A stretch of DNA of 64,000 bases from Candidatus Poribacteria bacterium (GTDB lineage: Bacteria; Poribacteria; WGA-4E; WGA-3G), in assembly GCA_964291315.2 (NCBI GenBank), contig OZ219753.1, positions 128,001 through 192,000 on the forward strand, given 5' to 3'. The notes beneath the pieces are model-generated. The model was not told the DNA's origin, ran no database searches, and saw only the letters and a program-made list of their open reading frames with translations. Shown piece after piece: positions 10,236-20,558 of this stretch; position 1 is the first letter of the stretch, and each line of letters begins with the position of its first letter. A program made the translations under genes and the position numbers.

Positions 10236-10369
10236 AACAGGCTTATCTTTCCTGCCGTTGTATTAACTAGTTGAGTTTCATTCTGTCTGTGGGTGCAGAA
10301 CTTGAATTCAACACAATCCCTAAGGCAGTAACGGCAACACAGATAGCTACCCTGGCAAGGAGCGGTTCT

Positions 10370-10675
10370 TTAGCTATTGAATTCAGCTTGTAATCTGAGG
10401 AGAGCCTCAAAGCTGTCATTTTTTGAGGTCTTGTTCTTTTTTTCTATACCGCACGTTGTACAACAGTGAATAACCATATAATTGTCCTGTTTTATTATTA
10501 ATCCGACTGGTTCCATCATACCGTGACACGATGCCGCGCGGTCTCCCGGGTTGACATCGACATGTCGGCTCCAGAGGCATTTGGGGCAGTGGTTGGTATA
10601 GCCGTTTCCGGTCACGGAGGTGCCGCAGTACGTGCAGATAAAATCTTCTATGTAGCGTTGAAATCTTTTGCTCAT
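10370..10675 (-). CDS. RNHCP domain protein
   Basis: FICTYCG, YTNHCPKCLWSRHVD, PGDRAASCHGMMEP, HCCTTCG. Confidence 0.88.
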   Translation of the reverse strand: MSKRFQRYIEDFICTYCGTSVTGNGYTNHCPKCLWSRHVDVNPGDRAASCHGMMEPVGLIIKQDNYMVIHCCTTCGIEKKNKTSKNDSFEALLRLQAEFNS

Positions 10676-10727
10676 TGGGGTTCCTGCAGTCGTTTTTGGT
10701 ATGTATAACCCGCCGGTTGAGTATTAA

Positions 10728-11966
10728 TCACAATTCTGCCCGCGTCATAAAGATTGCGTAGATAGCGGAGGTTCTGGCCAAATCGTGGATATTCACCCGT
10801 TCATTTATGGCGTGTCCGCCCTTTCCACTGGGGCCATACCCGATTCCGGGTAATCCGCTGTTGACGAAATAGTGCAAATCTGTGAATCCTGTAGTGCTCT
10901 TAAAACGGGGTTGATTGAAACGGACGGTACGTACTGCGTCAGCGAATGCTTGTGCTATGGGTGAGTCGGTATCTGTCAAACAGGGTTCAATTCGGAGAGT
11001 CGTCTGTGCCTCTGCTTTCAGATCCGGGTAATATTGGCATGCGCCGGAAATTGCTTCCCGCAATTCGAGTTCTACAAGCTCGAACGTCTCATTTGGGGTA
11101 ATCCGCCGGTCGATTGAGAACGTGACGCGCGCTGGGACGGTGTTAACTTTATCCCCTTCAGTTCCACGAAATGTTCCGCCGATGTTCAGTGTTGGATAAC
11201 GTTCACTGCCATCAGGGAGTTTAAATGCGCGCTCTGGCGATTTCAAATTGCGTTTAACTCGTTGTAGTGCTGTCACGAGCTCGGCAGTTTTCTCAAAGGC
11301 GTTTATGCCCTTATCGGGTTGTGCACCGTGTGCAGCCTTACCTTCGATGTCTATGTCTAACCAGAGTACACCGTTATGTCCGTTGCCGATATTCATTCCT
11401 GAACCGCCTTCGCAGCTGACGACGTAGTCTGCTTGAACGAATCCTTCTTCGACGATGTATCCTGCCCCTAGCTGTCCCCCGGTTTCTTCGTCGCATGTGA
11501 ATGAGCATTCGATATTGAACTTCGGTTGGGTGCCTGTTTCCCGGATAGCCTCGATTGCTAAAAGGAGGGCAGCAATGGAATCCTTCATATCATCGGCCCC
11601 TCGTCCATAGAGCCATTCGCTGTCAATTTCACCGCTGAAGGGATTGTCGAAACGCCAATTTCCTGCCGCGGGAACCACGTCGTAGTGTGCGTTGAAATGC
11701 ACCGTCTTCTCTGCGCCGGTGTCCCAACGGGCGATCAAGTTTGTTCTTGGATGTGTTGTTGCGTTTGAGATGACTTGTGCTGCACGTTCCGTCGGGACCT
11801 CGGCGATCTGCGTTTGCATGTCTAATGCTTGACACTTCGCTTCGAGGAGTCCGACAATCTCGGCATAATTTTCGCCCGGTGGATTAAGGGTCGGAATTCT
11901 GACAAGTTCCTGTAGCAAGGTACAAAGCGCTGCCTGATTATCTCTAATATAGGTTTGAACGGACAT
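10728..11966 (-). CDS. M20 family metallo-deacylase (ArgE/DapE-like)
   Basis: NAHYDVVP, YGRGADDMK, DEETGG, GKAAHG, NTVP, HAINE. Confidence 0.9.
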   Translation of the reverse strand: MSVQTYIRDNQAALCTLLQELVRIPTLNPPGENYAEIVGLLEAKCQALDMQTQIAEVPTERAAQVISNATTHPRTNLIARWDTGAEKTVHFNAHYDVVPAAGNWRFDNPFSGEIDSEWLYGRGADDMKDSIAALLLAIEAIRETGTQPKFNIECSFTCDEETGGQLGAGYIVEEGFVQADYVVSCEGGSGMNIGNGHNGVLWLDIDIEGKAAHGAQPDKGINAFEKTAELVTALQRVKRNLKSPERAFKLPDGSERYPTLNIGGTFRGTEGDKVNTVPARVTFSIDRRITPNETFELVELELREAISGACQYYPDLKAEAQTTLRIEPCLTDTDSPIAQAFADAVRTVRFNQPRFKSTTGFTDLHYFVNSGLPGIGYGPSGKGGHAINERVNIHDLARTSAIYAIFMTRAEL

Positions 11967-11986
11967 TTTAGTCTCCCCAGTTGCCG

Positions 11987-12400
11987 TTAGGTGACAACTG
12001 CTTGATCGCCAGACGACAAGTGTTGTACCGTTTCACCAGTTTCGGTAAATGTACGCGTTACATTGACATCGGCGTAAGTCCACAAGATTTTCATCGGGGC
12101 GTTACTATCATTCCAGAATCGATGCGGTATACCTGCGGGAACAAATGTTGTATCGAAGGCTTTCATGGTGAAAACTTCGCTGTCGACTTCACAGATGGCT
12201 TCGCCTTCGAGGATTGTAACAGATTCATCACAGTTGTGGTAGTGGCGGGCGATCGCCGCGCCGGGATCAAACATCGTCACACCGTTAGTCAGTGAGGTAG
12301 AATCGATCCATTTGCCGGCTAACGGGACAGTTTTGACCCCGGTTCCGCGGTCAATCGGACGCTGTTTCCCAAAATCGATGATGTGTGCTTTTTTTTCCAT
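11987..12400 (-). CDS. Cupin domain protein
   Basis: HYHNCDESVTILEG and FVPAGIPHRFWN. Confidence 0.88.
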   Translation of the reverse strand: MEKKAHIIDFGKQRPIDRGTGVKTVPLAGKWIDSTSLTNGVTMFDPGAAIARHYHNCDESVTILEGEAICEVDSEVFTMKAFDTTFVPAGIPHRFWNDSNAPMKILWTYADVNVTRTFTETGETVQHLSSGDQAVVT

Positions 12401-12475
12401 TTCTGATCTGCCTCTCTTTGTAGAACAATTTGATTTAGTGTAGCAGGAACCGAGAGAAAAATCAAGCCTTAAGGT

Positions 12476-13060
12476 TTGAAGGTTTTTGATGCAGAGCGGG
12501 GGTCGTATCCAAACCGAAACAGATATTCAGGTGATACCTCGTTACCCAATGCTCACGCAGGCGAACTCCAACGGGTGCTTTCTACTAGATATGTAAATAG
12601 GTATCCGGAACTCAGGTTCTCCACGGACGGTGATACGTTGATAAGTGAGAGATCGGGTGCCATAGCGCTACTGTCGGATATGAATCGATTGCCGGAGCTC
12701 ATTTCGCAAGATCTTAACCTTGACAGTGTTGTTGATGTAGAAGACTTGGTCGTTGCCTCTGACTTTGGTGATGTCATTGCTGATGTGGATTTTCCAAGTG
12801 CTGATCTGAATGGCGATGGTGCGGTCGATTGTCAAGACGGGCTGCACCAATGACTTTCCTCGCGACAGCTGCCGGAGCACCCTCGGAGGCTTTGCAGACG
12901 CTCTCCGCTGGTCTCACCGGAGATGCACCGCAAAGCTGGATCGCCGAGGCGAAGCGGCTCAAGACACGAATGTAGCGTTCCAAAATGGGATTCGCGTGTT
13001 GGAACAGCTCTTGGCTACGTTGAAGGTAGAAACCCACGCGGTGCCAGATGTCAGAATCAT
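12476..13060 (+). pseudogene. Relic of a WD40 + dockerin-like secreted protein, truncated before its C-terminal domain
   Basis: Pieces in three frames: WD40-like LRFSTDGDTLISE; dockerin-like DLNLDSVVDVEDLVV and DLNGDGAVDCQD; AAGAPS...QSWIAEAKRL; FQNGIRVLEQLLATL. Confidence 0.7.
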
Positions 13061-13190
13061 GTTTTCAGAAAAAACGAACCTTTTTTGAGCCTATCCGACT
13101 AAAGAAGAAAGACAAAATATGAACGCCTTTGAAAATCATGGAAAGGCTTCATATATTTATGCTAGCAAACTTAATAAGGAGGATGAGTTA

Positions 13191-15266
13191 GTGAAAAAAC
13201 GAGCACTCGTCTGTTTTTTGATTTTTACTTTGTGTGTTTTTTATAGTTCAATTCCGAACGTTGTTTTCGGGCAGGGAGTCTCTCTCGCCCAGCAAGTGTT
13301 TGACAAGCACAGCGAGACGCTCCAGCGTGAAGATATTCAGGCGGTTTTGCCGGGTGTTCTCATCGGACTGAAAGCAGAAAACATTCAACCCCTGTTGACA
13401 CCCCAAATCATTAAGCTCGTTGTTGCAAATCCGGATATTCTAACACAATTGGCCCCAGATATAGATCAGAAATTTGTGATGCTTTTGAAAGCGGATGCTG
13501 AGCTCCAAGGCCTGATGAGCGATCCGCAAGTTCAAGAATTGCTCCAAGATCCAGCAGCGATTGACGAACTCGCGAGGTTGTTGGATGTCGGCTCGGGATC
13601 GGTAGCGACAGGGGGTTACCGAATCACCAACGGGAAAACGACGGAAACTGTGTGGGTCACGTATTCCATATGGAAACCGGCTGATGGTATGTATCCTGCT
13701 GGCTGGAGGGCAAGGGGTTGGTATGACATTGAACCCGGTGCTACCCAGCTCCTGCAAGCTCCCCATAGTAACAGACGGCTGTATATCCGTGTGATGTCTG
13801 ATGATGGTACAGAAATAGAACCTGTTGACTCGCGCGAAAGAGAGAGTTCCCTATTTTGGATACATCCGTCAAAGGAATTTACAGCTGTCCAAAGCAGAGG
13901 AGGTAATCTTTTAAAGAGTAGTCGCAATAGATCGGGTTTGCAGCGAGCACGGTTCTACGAGTATCGTAATGGAGATTCGCACACTATTCCGGACGAGTTG
14001 CGTCTTTCGGATCTCACAGGAACACAAATCTACAATCAGTCGATTGATTCCGTGGTATGGATAGTCACACCAGAGTTTTCGGGGGTCCGCATGGGCAGCG
14101 GTGTTTTGATTGACGAAGAACGCCGTCTCGTCGTCACGAATGAACATGTCACTAGAGGGGCTGAGTCTGTCTTTGTGCATTTTCCGTATAGATTGGATGG
14201 GGAGTTAAAAAAGAACATAGATTTCTATACCGGTAATTTCAGATGGCTTTATAACGCAGGGTATATTACTGAGGCACAGGTGATTGAAGAAAATTCTAGA
14301 AACGACTTGGCAATCATTCAATTGGATCAATTGGGGCCGACTGCCCGTGAGATAAAACATGACTTCAGCAAAAATGTTGAAGATAGCATGAGGCAAGGCG
14401 ATAAGGTCCACATCCTCGGGAATCCAGATACGCGTTTATGGAATTGGACTCAGGGGACTTTCCGACGTGAGCGGGAAGGCTGGTTAGAGCTGGAGGCCGA
14501 TGTACACGCTGGGAATAGCGGTGGCCCGGTTCTCAACGGTCAGGGCTTGCTTATCGGCATTCTTACCGCCGGAACAGATGAGACGCTGGGAGTCGCCGCT
14601 CCTGCGCGGAATGTGAAAGCCTTGCTGGATACTTTGGAACATTCGTATACGTTCAAAATTGCAAACAACACTGGGGTTAGGGTGTCTTATGAAATTCTGT
14701 GGTCAAATGATAACGATTGGCAGCGCTATTCTCTTAGGACAGGCCTTGCTATGACTCACCGGGCGGAGGCACAGAAAGTCCTTCAAGGTTACCCGAAGAT
14801 TCGATTTGATTATATTGCTGGTGATCAAAGCGTTACCTATCGCGCGTATCAACTGGATTTGAGTGCCAATAGTAACAACGTCCCTGTTTATCACTTTGAG
14901 TATAATTCCCGGGGGGATAGACTTGATCTTTACGCTGGCGCAGCAGCCCCAGTTTTGCCAACAGCATCTCCGCAAGAAACAGTGTTGCTATCGAATTATC
15001 CGAATCCGTTCAATCCAGAGACATGGATACCGTATAAACTTGCAAACGCGGCGAGGGTTACGGTGACTATTCACGCAGCAGATGGTCGAAAAATTCGCAC
15101 GTTGTCCTTAGGACATCAGCCAGCCGGCGTTTATCAGAGCAAAAGTCGTGCGGCGTACTGGGATGGTAAGAACGAAGCCGGTGAGCCGGTGGCGAGTGGT
15201 GTCTATTTCTACACGCTAACGGCAGGTGATTTCAGTGCGACACGCAAGATGCTGATTCGGAAGTAG
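13191..15266 (+). CDS. Secreted multidomain trypsin-like serine protease with a DUF1036-like domain and an FlgD-Ig/T9SS-like C-terminal domain
   Basis: GTG start with AAGGAGG SD and signal peptide; triad TNEHV / NDLAI / GNSGGP; GWRARGWYDIEPG; C-terminus LLSNYPNPFNPETWIPY...WDGKN...SGVYFY...TRKMLIRK. Confidence 0.85.
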   Translation: MKKRALVCFLIFTLCVFYSSIPNVVFGQGVSLAQQVFDKHSETLQREDIQAVLPGVLIGLKAENIQPLLTPQIIKLVVANPDILTQLAPDIDQKFVMLLKADAELQGLMSDPQVQELLQDPAAIDELARLLDVGSGSVATGGYRITNGKTTETVWVTYSIWKPADGMYPAGWRARGWYDIEPGATQLLQAPHSNRRLYIRVMSDDGTEIEPVDSRERESSLFWIHPSKEFTAVQSRGGNLLKSSRNRSGLQRARFYEYRNGDSHTIPDELRLSDLTGTQIYNQSIDSVVWIVTPEFSGVRMGSGVLIDEERRLVVTNEHVTRGAESVFVHFPYRLDGELKKNIDFYTGNFRWLYNAGYITEAQVIEENSRNDLAIIQLDQLGPTAREIKHDFSKNVEDSMRQGDKVHILGNPDTRLWNWTQGTFRREREGWLELEADVHAGNSGGPVLNGQGLLIGILTAGTDETLGVAAPARNVKALLDTLEHSYTFKIANNTGVRVSYEILWSNDNDWQRYSLRTGLAMTHRAEAQKVLQGYPKIRFDYIAGDQSVTYRAYQLDLSANSNNVPVYHFEYNSRGDRLDLYAGAAAPVLPTASPQETVLLSNYPNPFNPETWIPYKLANAARVTVTIHAADGRKIRTLSLGHQPAGVYQSKSRAAYWDGKNEAGEPVASGVYFYTLTAGDFSATRKMLIRK

Positions 15267-15425
15267 ATTGGAAGTAATTAGCGATTAAGGTTGTGGTTGA
15301 TGGTTAATCATTGGACAGATAAGCGAGGTTTCCTCATCTCGGCTGTTTTCGGTGCCTAAAGTAGCCTCTACAGAAGAACTGAGTCGCCCTAGGTGGTTCG
15401 TGTTTTTTGGGGAAACCTACTCTTT

Positions 15426-16589
15426 CTACCAATCCTTTGCTTTCGAGAAACTGTCAATTGCCTGCTGTATCTCTGCTTCTGTGTGTGTTGCCATGACGGT
15501 GGCTCTTAACCGGCTTGTCCCGGGTGGCACTGCGGGTGGCCGGATGGCTGGTGCGAAGACACCCGCGGTGAGGAGTGCCTCCGCTACGTTCGTTGCCCGT
15601 TGTGGGCTTCCCAATACTATGGGTAGGATCTGTGTTTTGCTCGGTAGTAGAGTATACCCTAAATCAGTCAATCCTGTTTTGAGATGTTTTGCGTTCAAAA
15701 ATAGGCAGTGCCGCAGTTCTGGTGACGATCGGATTATATTGAGTGCAGCATTTGCCGCTGCCAACGTTGCAGGCGGGAGTCCTGTTGTGAAGATCAAACC
15801 GCGGGCGCGGTTGATAAGCAGCTCAATCAGGGGGCTACTCCCGGCAATATAGCCTCCCAGTACGCCGGCCGCCTTGCTAAGTGTTCCCATCTGAATAATT
15901 TCTTTTCCTTCTAGCCCGAAGTGTGAAATGGTGCCGCTTCCATCCTTGCCTAATATACCGAATCCGTGTGCGTCATCTACCAATAGCATCGCGTCGTATT
16001 GTGCAGCAAGATCGTAAAGATCGGCTAGTGGTGCGATATCGCCGTCCATGCTAAAGACTGCGTCTGTCACGATGAGCTTCCTCCGGAACATAGTGGATTC
16101 TGATAATAAGAGTTTGAGGTGTTCCGCGTTGCAGTGTTGATAGACCTTTTTTGTGGCGTGGCTGAGACGACATCCGTCTATGATACTGGCGTGGTTAAGA
16201 GCGTCACTTAAAATGAGGTCGTCTTCTCCAGCAAGCAGGGGGATGATACTCGTATTTGCTGCGTAGCCGGAACTAAAAACGAGCGCCATTTCAGTACCTT
16301 TTGTCTTCGCGAGGTTCATTTCTAGTGATGTATAAAGTCGGTTATTTCCGGAAATGAGCCGAGATCCGCTCGCGCCTGTGCCAAAGGTTTGTGTTGCCTC
16401 AACGGCAGCAGCGACGACTTGTGGGTGTGTGCTTAACCCTAAATAATTATTTGAGCCGAGGCACACGACATCGCGGCCATCAAGATTAATCGTTCCGGTT
16501 GGCGCGCTCATGACGGTCGGGAGGTGTCGGCGTAAACCGTCTTGATCTATCGCTGCGCATTGCGTGGCCAGCCAGTCATAGCTGTTCAT
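15426..16589 (-). CDS. bioF: 8-amino-7-oxononanoate synthase
   Basis: SNNYLGL, GSRLISG, NHASIIDG, FSMDGD, DDAHG, PLP lysine in GTLSKA, AIRPPAVP. Confidence 0.9.
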   Translation of the reverse strand: MNSYDWLATQCAAIDQDGLRRHLPTVMSAPTGTINLDGRDVVCLGSNNYLGLSTHPQVVAAAVEATQTFGTGASGSRLISGNNRLYTSLEMNLAKTKGTEMALVFSSGYAANTSIIPLLAGEDDLILSDALNHASIIDGCRLSHATKKVYQHCNAEHLKLLLSESTMFRRKLIVTDAVFSMDGDIAPLADLYDLAAQYDAMLLVDDAHGFGILGKDGSGTISHFGLEGKEIIQMGTLSKAAGVLGGYIAGSSPLIELLINRARGLIFTTGLPPATLAAANAALNIIRSSPELRHCLFLNAKHLKTGLTDLGYTLLPSKTQILPIVLGSPQRATNVAEALLTAGVFAPAIRPPAVPPGTSRLRATVMATHTEAEIQQAIDSFSKAKDW

Positions 16590-16607
16590 CAGAGGTTCTG
16601 TTCCGTT

Positions 16608-17522
16608 TCAACCGGTAAACTGTCGTAAAAAAATATGGCTCTGCCGGAGGGCACGTTGCCGCAGTTGTAAGGTGCCCTCGTAGGCGCGGTCCTCTACCTC
16701 TACACAGACAGCGCCGTCGTAACCGGTATCGCTTAGCACAGAGAAGAAGCTACCCCAATTGACATCGCCAAGTCCGGGGAGTTTCGGGGTATGATATGAC
16801 GCCGGTGTTGCAAGGATGCCGACTTCGTCAATTTTAGCGCTGTCCAATCGCACATCTTTGGCATGCACATGGAAAATACGGTCAGCGAACGTGGTAAGCG
16901 GTTTCAGATAGTCCATTTGAAGCCAGATAAAGTGCGATGGATCAAAGTTGAGCCCAAAGTTCGGAGACGGGATTTCCTCAAACATGCGTTCCCAGATCGA
17001 TGGGCAGTAAGCGAGGTTTTGCCCAGCCGGCCATTCGTCTTCTGTGAAGAACATAGGGCAATTCTCAATGCCGATACAGATACCGTGGTCCATGGCAAAT
17101 TGGATAAGTGGTTTCCATACCTGCTTAAAACGGTCCCAATTCTCATCTATCGTACGTGTCTGGTCTCTGCCGATGAAGGTGTTTACAACGTTTACCGACA
17201 ATTTTTCTGCTGCAAGAATCAATTTTTTGAGATGTTCTCGATAGAGAGCGGCTTCGGTTTCGTTGGGGGTCAACGGATTCGGATAATATCCTAAACCGCT
17301 GATTGTTATACCCGCGTCGGAAACGCATTGCAGGATTTCATCCGCTTCCGATTGCGGAAATTCTGTTATGTCGAGGTGCGTAACACCAGCATAACGTCGT
17401 TCTGCTTTCCCTTTGGGCCAGCACATCAATTCAACGCAATCGAAACCGGTCTCTGCTGCGAATTCAACAACTTCTGTTAACGTCTGTTCCGGTAAAATCG
17501 CGCTTACAAATCCGAGTTTCAT
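16608..17522 (-). CDS. Sugar phosphate isomerase/epimerase (AP endonuclease 2 TIM barrel)
   Basis: [37 protein letters not shown]. Start MKLGF at 17522 has a GAGAGG SD. Confidence 0.88.
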   Translation of the reverse strand: MKLGFVSAILPEQTLTEVVEFAAETGFDCVELMCWPKGKAERRYAGVTHLDITEFPQSEADEILQCVSDAGITISGLGYYPNPLTPNETEAALYREHLKKLILAAEKLSVNVVNTFIGRDQTRTIDENWDRFKQVWKPLIQFAMDHGICIGIENCPMFFTEDEWPAGQNLAYCPSIWERMFEEIPSPNFGLNFDPSHFIWLQMDYLKPLTTFADRIFHVHAKDVRLDSAKIDEVGILATPASYHTPKLPGLGDVNWGSFFSVLSDTGYDGAVCVEVEDRAYEGTLQLRQRALRQSHIFLRQFTG

Positions 17523-17695
17523 GGTTAACCTCTCTTTCATTTTTAGACATTTTAATACAGAAAGGCGGAGCTGGCAAGCACATATTCCGGGGTGTTTCGT
17601 TTTAGTCGGCAGTGATCGGGTGTCCATAGGATCCGTTAAGATGTGTGGTATTTTGTGCATCGGAGGGAAAAAGAAGATAGGCGGCGGCTGTGGTT

Positions 17696-17736
17696 AAAAA
17701 CGTTGGGGGTGAAACATGCGTTCCACCCCCAACGTT
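17696..17736 (-). terminator. Intrinsic terminator of the lamin-tail gene
   Basis: Stem AACGTTGGGGGTGGAAC / GTTTCACCCCCAACGTT ending in a T run, about 45 nt after the stop. Confidence 0.85.
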
Positions 17737-17780
17737 CGGTTAGTTTCAGATGTGTGTTATCTGTGTTACCGCTGTGTCTG

Positions 17781-20558
17781 CTATTTGTCAGACGATTTCA
17801 GCTCACCCCAGCGCGTTGTGAGCTTACCGCTTGCAGAGACATCCCCACGCAGATGCGTTGTCCGTAGCGTCGTGCGCACCCCGTCCATAGAGACGTCTTC
17901 TATCTGATAGTAATACACCACATTCGGTTTCGCAGCGGTATCTGTGTAGGTATAGACGTGCTTCTCAGAGGTCGTGCCGTGTCCGGCAATCAGACCCTTG
18001 GTGTTGATAACCGCAAACTCGCCGGTCTTGCTCTCACTGCGTAGGATATTGAACCCTGCGTTGTTGAGTTCGGACTGCGTTACCCACGTAATCTCAACGT
18101 GTCCTGTCGAGGCGTTGCGAACAGGACGGAAACTTGAGAGCGAGACGGGCAGCGGACTACCGAGACGGTAACCGGGGGTGCCGATATCGCTCCGATGCCC
18201 GTAGAAGGCAAAAGAGGCAAGGGTAAGGTCAGACTTCCGCCAAGAGGCTTTCATCAGCCCGTCATCCGCATCGTTCGGTCCAGAACCTGCCGCCATGTCG
18301 TTGAAGACACCGCCATAGGTCCGCACAATAGAGGTACGCACCTCACCGCGTTCGGGCAGATCCCACGATTTCGTGGTCATAGCGCCGTCTATCTTAAGGT
18401 TGCCGGCTGTGTCCATAACCATCGGATCGCCTCCGTTGACCTTTGCACGCAGCTCCAGATAGAAGCTCTCCGCACTCAGCAGCCGGCGACCGCTTGTGGT
18501 CAATCCGAGATCGCTGCGGTGCTTCTCCAACAGGTTGTATACGTAGTTCGGTGGCACATCGTTTGCACCGCTGCTCGAGACCAGCAGCAACGTCTGATTG
18601 GGTGGAATATACGTCTCTGCATCAAACGTGAACTCGGTATCCACATACGTCTCTTGGTCTGTCGCCTTGTTTCGGATCTCTAACTCCCAGCCTGCGAGGT
18701 TCACCGTCTCTGTCATAGAGCTGTTGTAGAGCTCTATCCACTGCATCAAGTTCCAGCGTGGCCCCGCATCGTACATAACTTCACTGATCGTCACTTTTCC
18801 ATCGAAGGTGTAGTCTCCATTGGAGACCTCGTTGACTGCCATGTTCGGATACCCGGGCGTGCCAGGGGAGCTCGTTGTATCAATATCTTTATCTTTGCCG
18901 CGGTCGTAACCAGCGCCCATGAATCCGAACGACTTCCAATCGTCTTTGTGAACACGGTTCTCACGAGACTTTGCACCATACATGCCTTGTGAATTGATCA
19001 TGACATCCCGACCGAACGACATGCTCCGAGAGGCGAAGGTGTTCATACCACCGAAGTCGTTATCATCAACGTCTCCTGGCTTTGCCCACGCAACAAACGG
19101 CCAGACATCTGTATTGAACTTCCTATCCTCCATGCGCTTGAAGAACCCGTTGCCGGCGTAGTCTTTGATGTTTGTCGGCTTGCCGACGTCATCGGCATGA
19201 TTCCGCGTGCGCAGCAGGATCAGGAACTTGCCTTCAGCGGGAAGTTTTAGGTCTTTCGCAACCACATACTTGTGTGAGGTGCCTGTTTTGACATCCGTTT
19301 TGTCCAAGATGTCCTGAAGGTTTGTGCCCCCAGCGAGCTTAACGCTTTTCCCAGGGTCCCGGTTATAGACCACAAGATACTCGCCGGGTTTCATTCTGTA
19401 TTTCGGCAGCACGGCGAGGCTGGTGTCCGTGAAGTTGGCATCGCCCGACTCATGATAGCCGCTGCCGTCGTCCTTCATCTTGCCCATGACGAGGCTGAGC
19501 TCATAGTTCTCTATATTCACGGCGGGATCCGATGCATCATTGCTGTTATAGAAGAGCTCTATCCAATCCAAGTTTGCACTTGACGTATCGTTGCGCACCT
19601 CGTTGATGATAATGCCGGTATCGGAGATAGCCGCGGGGTTCTTATTAAACTTCACTACATCCGCACCGCCGAATGGCACGTGAACGCTTCCTGGGGAGCC
19701 GACATAATTGCCTGTCATGTTGATCCGGCCTTCAGAAGCCGCCCAGGAGCCGGGTTCGCTGCCGTCGCCGAGTCCATCTAGTTTACCATCTTTGAGTGCA
19801 TACGCTTTCCCTGTGGTGTCGAGATTGATCTTGCGATACATAGAGACCATATCCATGGGAGGAGCGCCGGTAGCTGTGTTGCCATCTGTATCACCATTGC
19901 TACCTTTCAGCTGCCAAAGCCGGTCAAACTGATCGAACGTTGTTACAACATCCAAAGCGACTGTCTTGCGATCTCCATCTGTATATATCTCACCCGGAGC
20001 AGGTAGGGCATCATGATTCGTGTTACTGCGCCAACGGATCACATCGTCTTTTTTCAGCACGCCTTGGCAGTAGAATTCAATCCACTGCGGATTCTTATCT
20101 GTACGAGCTCTTGAAGGGTTATCTCTCCCCCACATCACTTCGGTGACAACGAGATGGTGCTTGTACTTCAGCGCCTCCGCCGCTGTCAGATCAGGTTTCA
20201 ACGTATACGCCGCATCGGCTACATCAACCTCAGCCTGTGTTGGAATTCGCAATCCGAGGGCAAACCCGCCTGTCCGGAGCAGATCCCGTAGGTCAGGCCA
20301 CAACTGGCTATAATCGGTATCCTTATTATTAACTTGACCATACACTTTCCCACTTGCTGCGGGCAAGATGCCGTTAATAATTTCAGCATCTGAACCTGTT
20401 GTATCCTTAGCTTTAGCCATAATGAAGAACTTTTTGGCTTCATTGAAGTAAAGTTGGGTGCCTCCAGTCACAACGGTAAGCTGCGCGGAGGCCTGGGTTG
20501 TTGCGAAGAGACACAGAAGTCCCAATATTACCAAAAGTCTCATTTTATTCCATAACAT
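17781..20558 (-). CDS. Large secreted lamin-tail-domain (LTD) repeat protein with a PLPVSLSSF Ig-like module and a short C-terminal GKLTTRWGELK motif
   Basis: Signal peptide; three modules VVTEVM..QWIEFY..GSPG, IINEVR..DWIELFYN..PGTPGY, TISEVMYD..QWIELYN..GTPGY. Confidence 0.8.
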   Translation of the reverse strand: MLWNKMRLLVILGLLCLFATTQASAQLTVVTGGTQLYFNEAKKFFIMAKAKDTTGSDAEIINGILPAASGKVYGQVNNKDTDYSQLWPDLRDLLRTGGFALGLRIPTQAEVDVADAAYTLKPDLTAAEALKYKHHLVVTEVMWGRDNPSRARTDKNPQWIEFYCQGVLKKDDVIRWRSNTNHDALPAPGEIYTDGDRKTVALDVVTTFDQFDRLWQLKGSNGDTDGNTATGAPPMDMVSMYRKINLDTTGKAYALKDGKLDGLGDGSEPGSWAASEGRINMTGNYVGSPGSVHVPFGGADVVKFNKNPAAISDTGIIINEVRNDTSSANLDWIELFYNSNDASDPAVNIENYELSLVMGKMKDDGSGYHESGDANFTDTSLAVLPKYRMKPGEYLVVYNRDPGKSVKLAGGTNLQDILDKTDVKTGTSHKYVVAKDLKLPAEGKFLILLRTRNHADDVGKPTNIKDYAGNGFFKRMEDRKFNTDVWPFVAWAKPGDVDDNDFGGMNTFASRSMSFGRDVMINSQGMYGAKSRENRVHKDDWKSFGFMGAGYDRGKDKDIDTTSSPGTPGYPNMAVNEVSNGDYTFDGKVTISEVMYDAGPRWNLMQWIELYNSSMTETVNLAGWELEIRNKATDQETYVDTEFTFDAETYIPPNQTLLLVSSSGANDVPPNYVYNLLEKHRSDLGLTTSGRRLLSAESFYLELRAKVNGGDPMVMDTAGNLKIDGAMTTKSWDLPERGEVRTSIVRTYGGVFNDMAAGSGPNDADDGLMKASWRKSDLTLASFAFYGHRSDIGTPGYRLGSPLPVSLSSFRPVRNASTGHVEITWVTQSELNNAGFNILRSESKTGEFAVINTKGLIAGHGTTSEKHVYTYTDTAAKPNVVYYYQIEDVSMDGVRTTLRTTHLRGDVSASGKLTTRWGELKSSDK

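Noticed and set aside
17750-17780. Short degenerate TGTGTT repeats after the LTD stop codon, considered as a CRISPR or mini-array
   Set aside because: Units are under 12 nt with no spacers and no cas genes.
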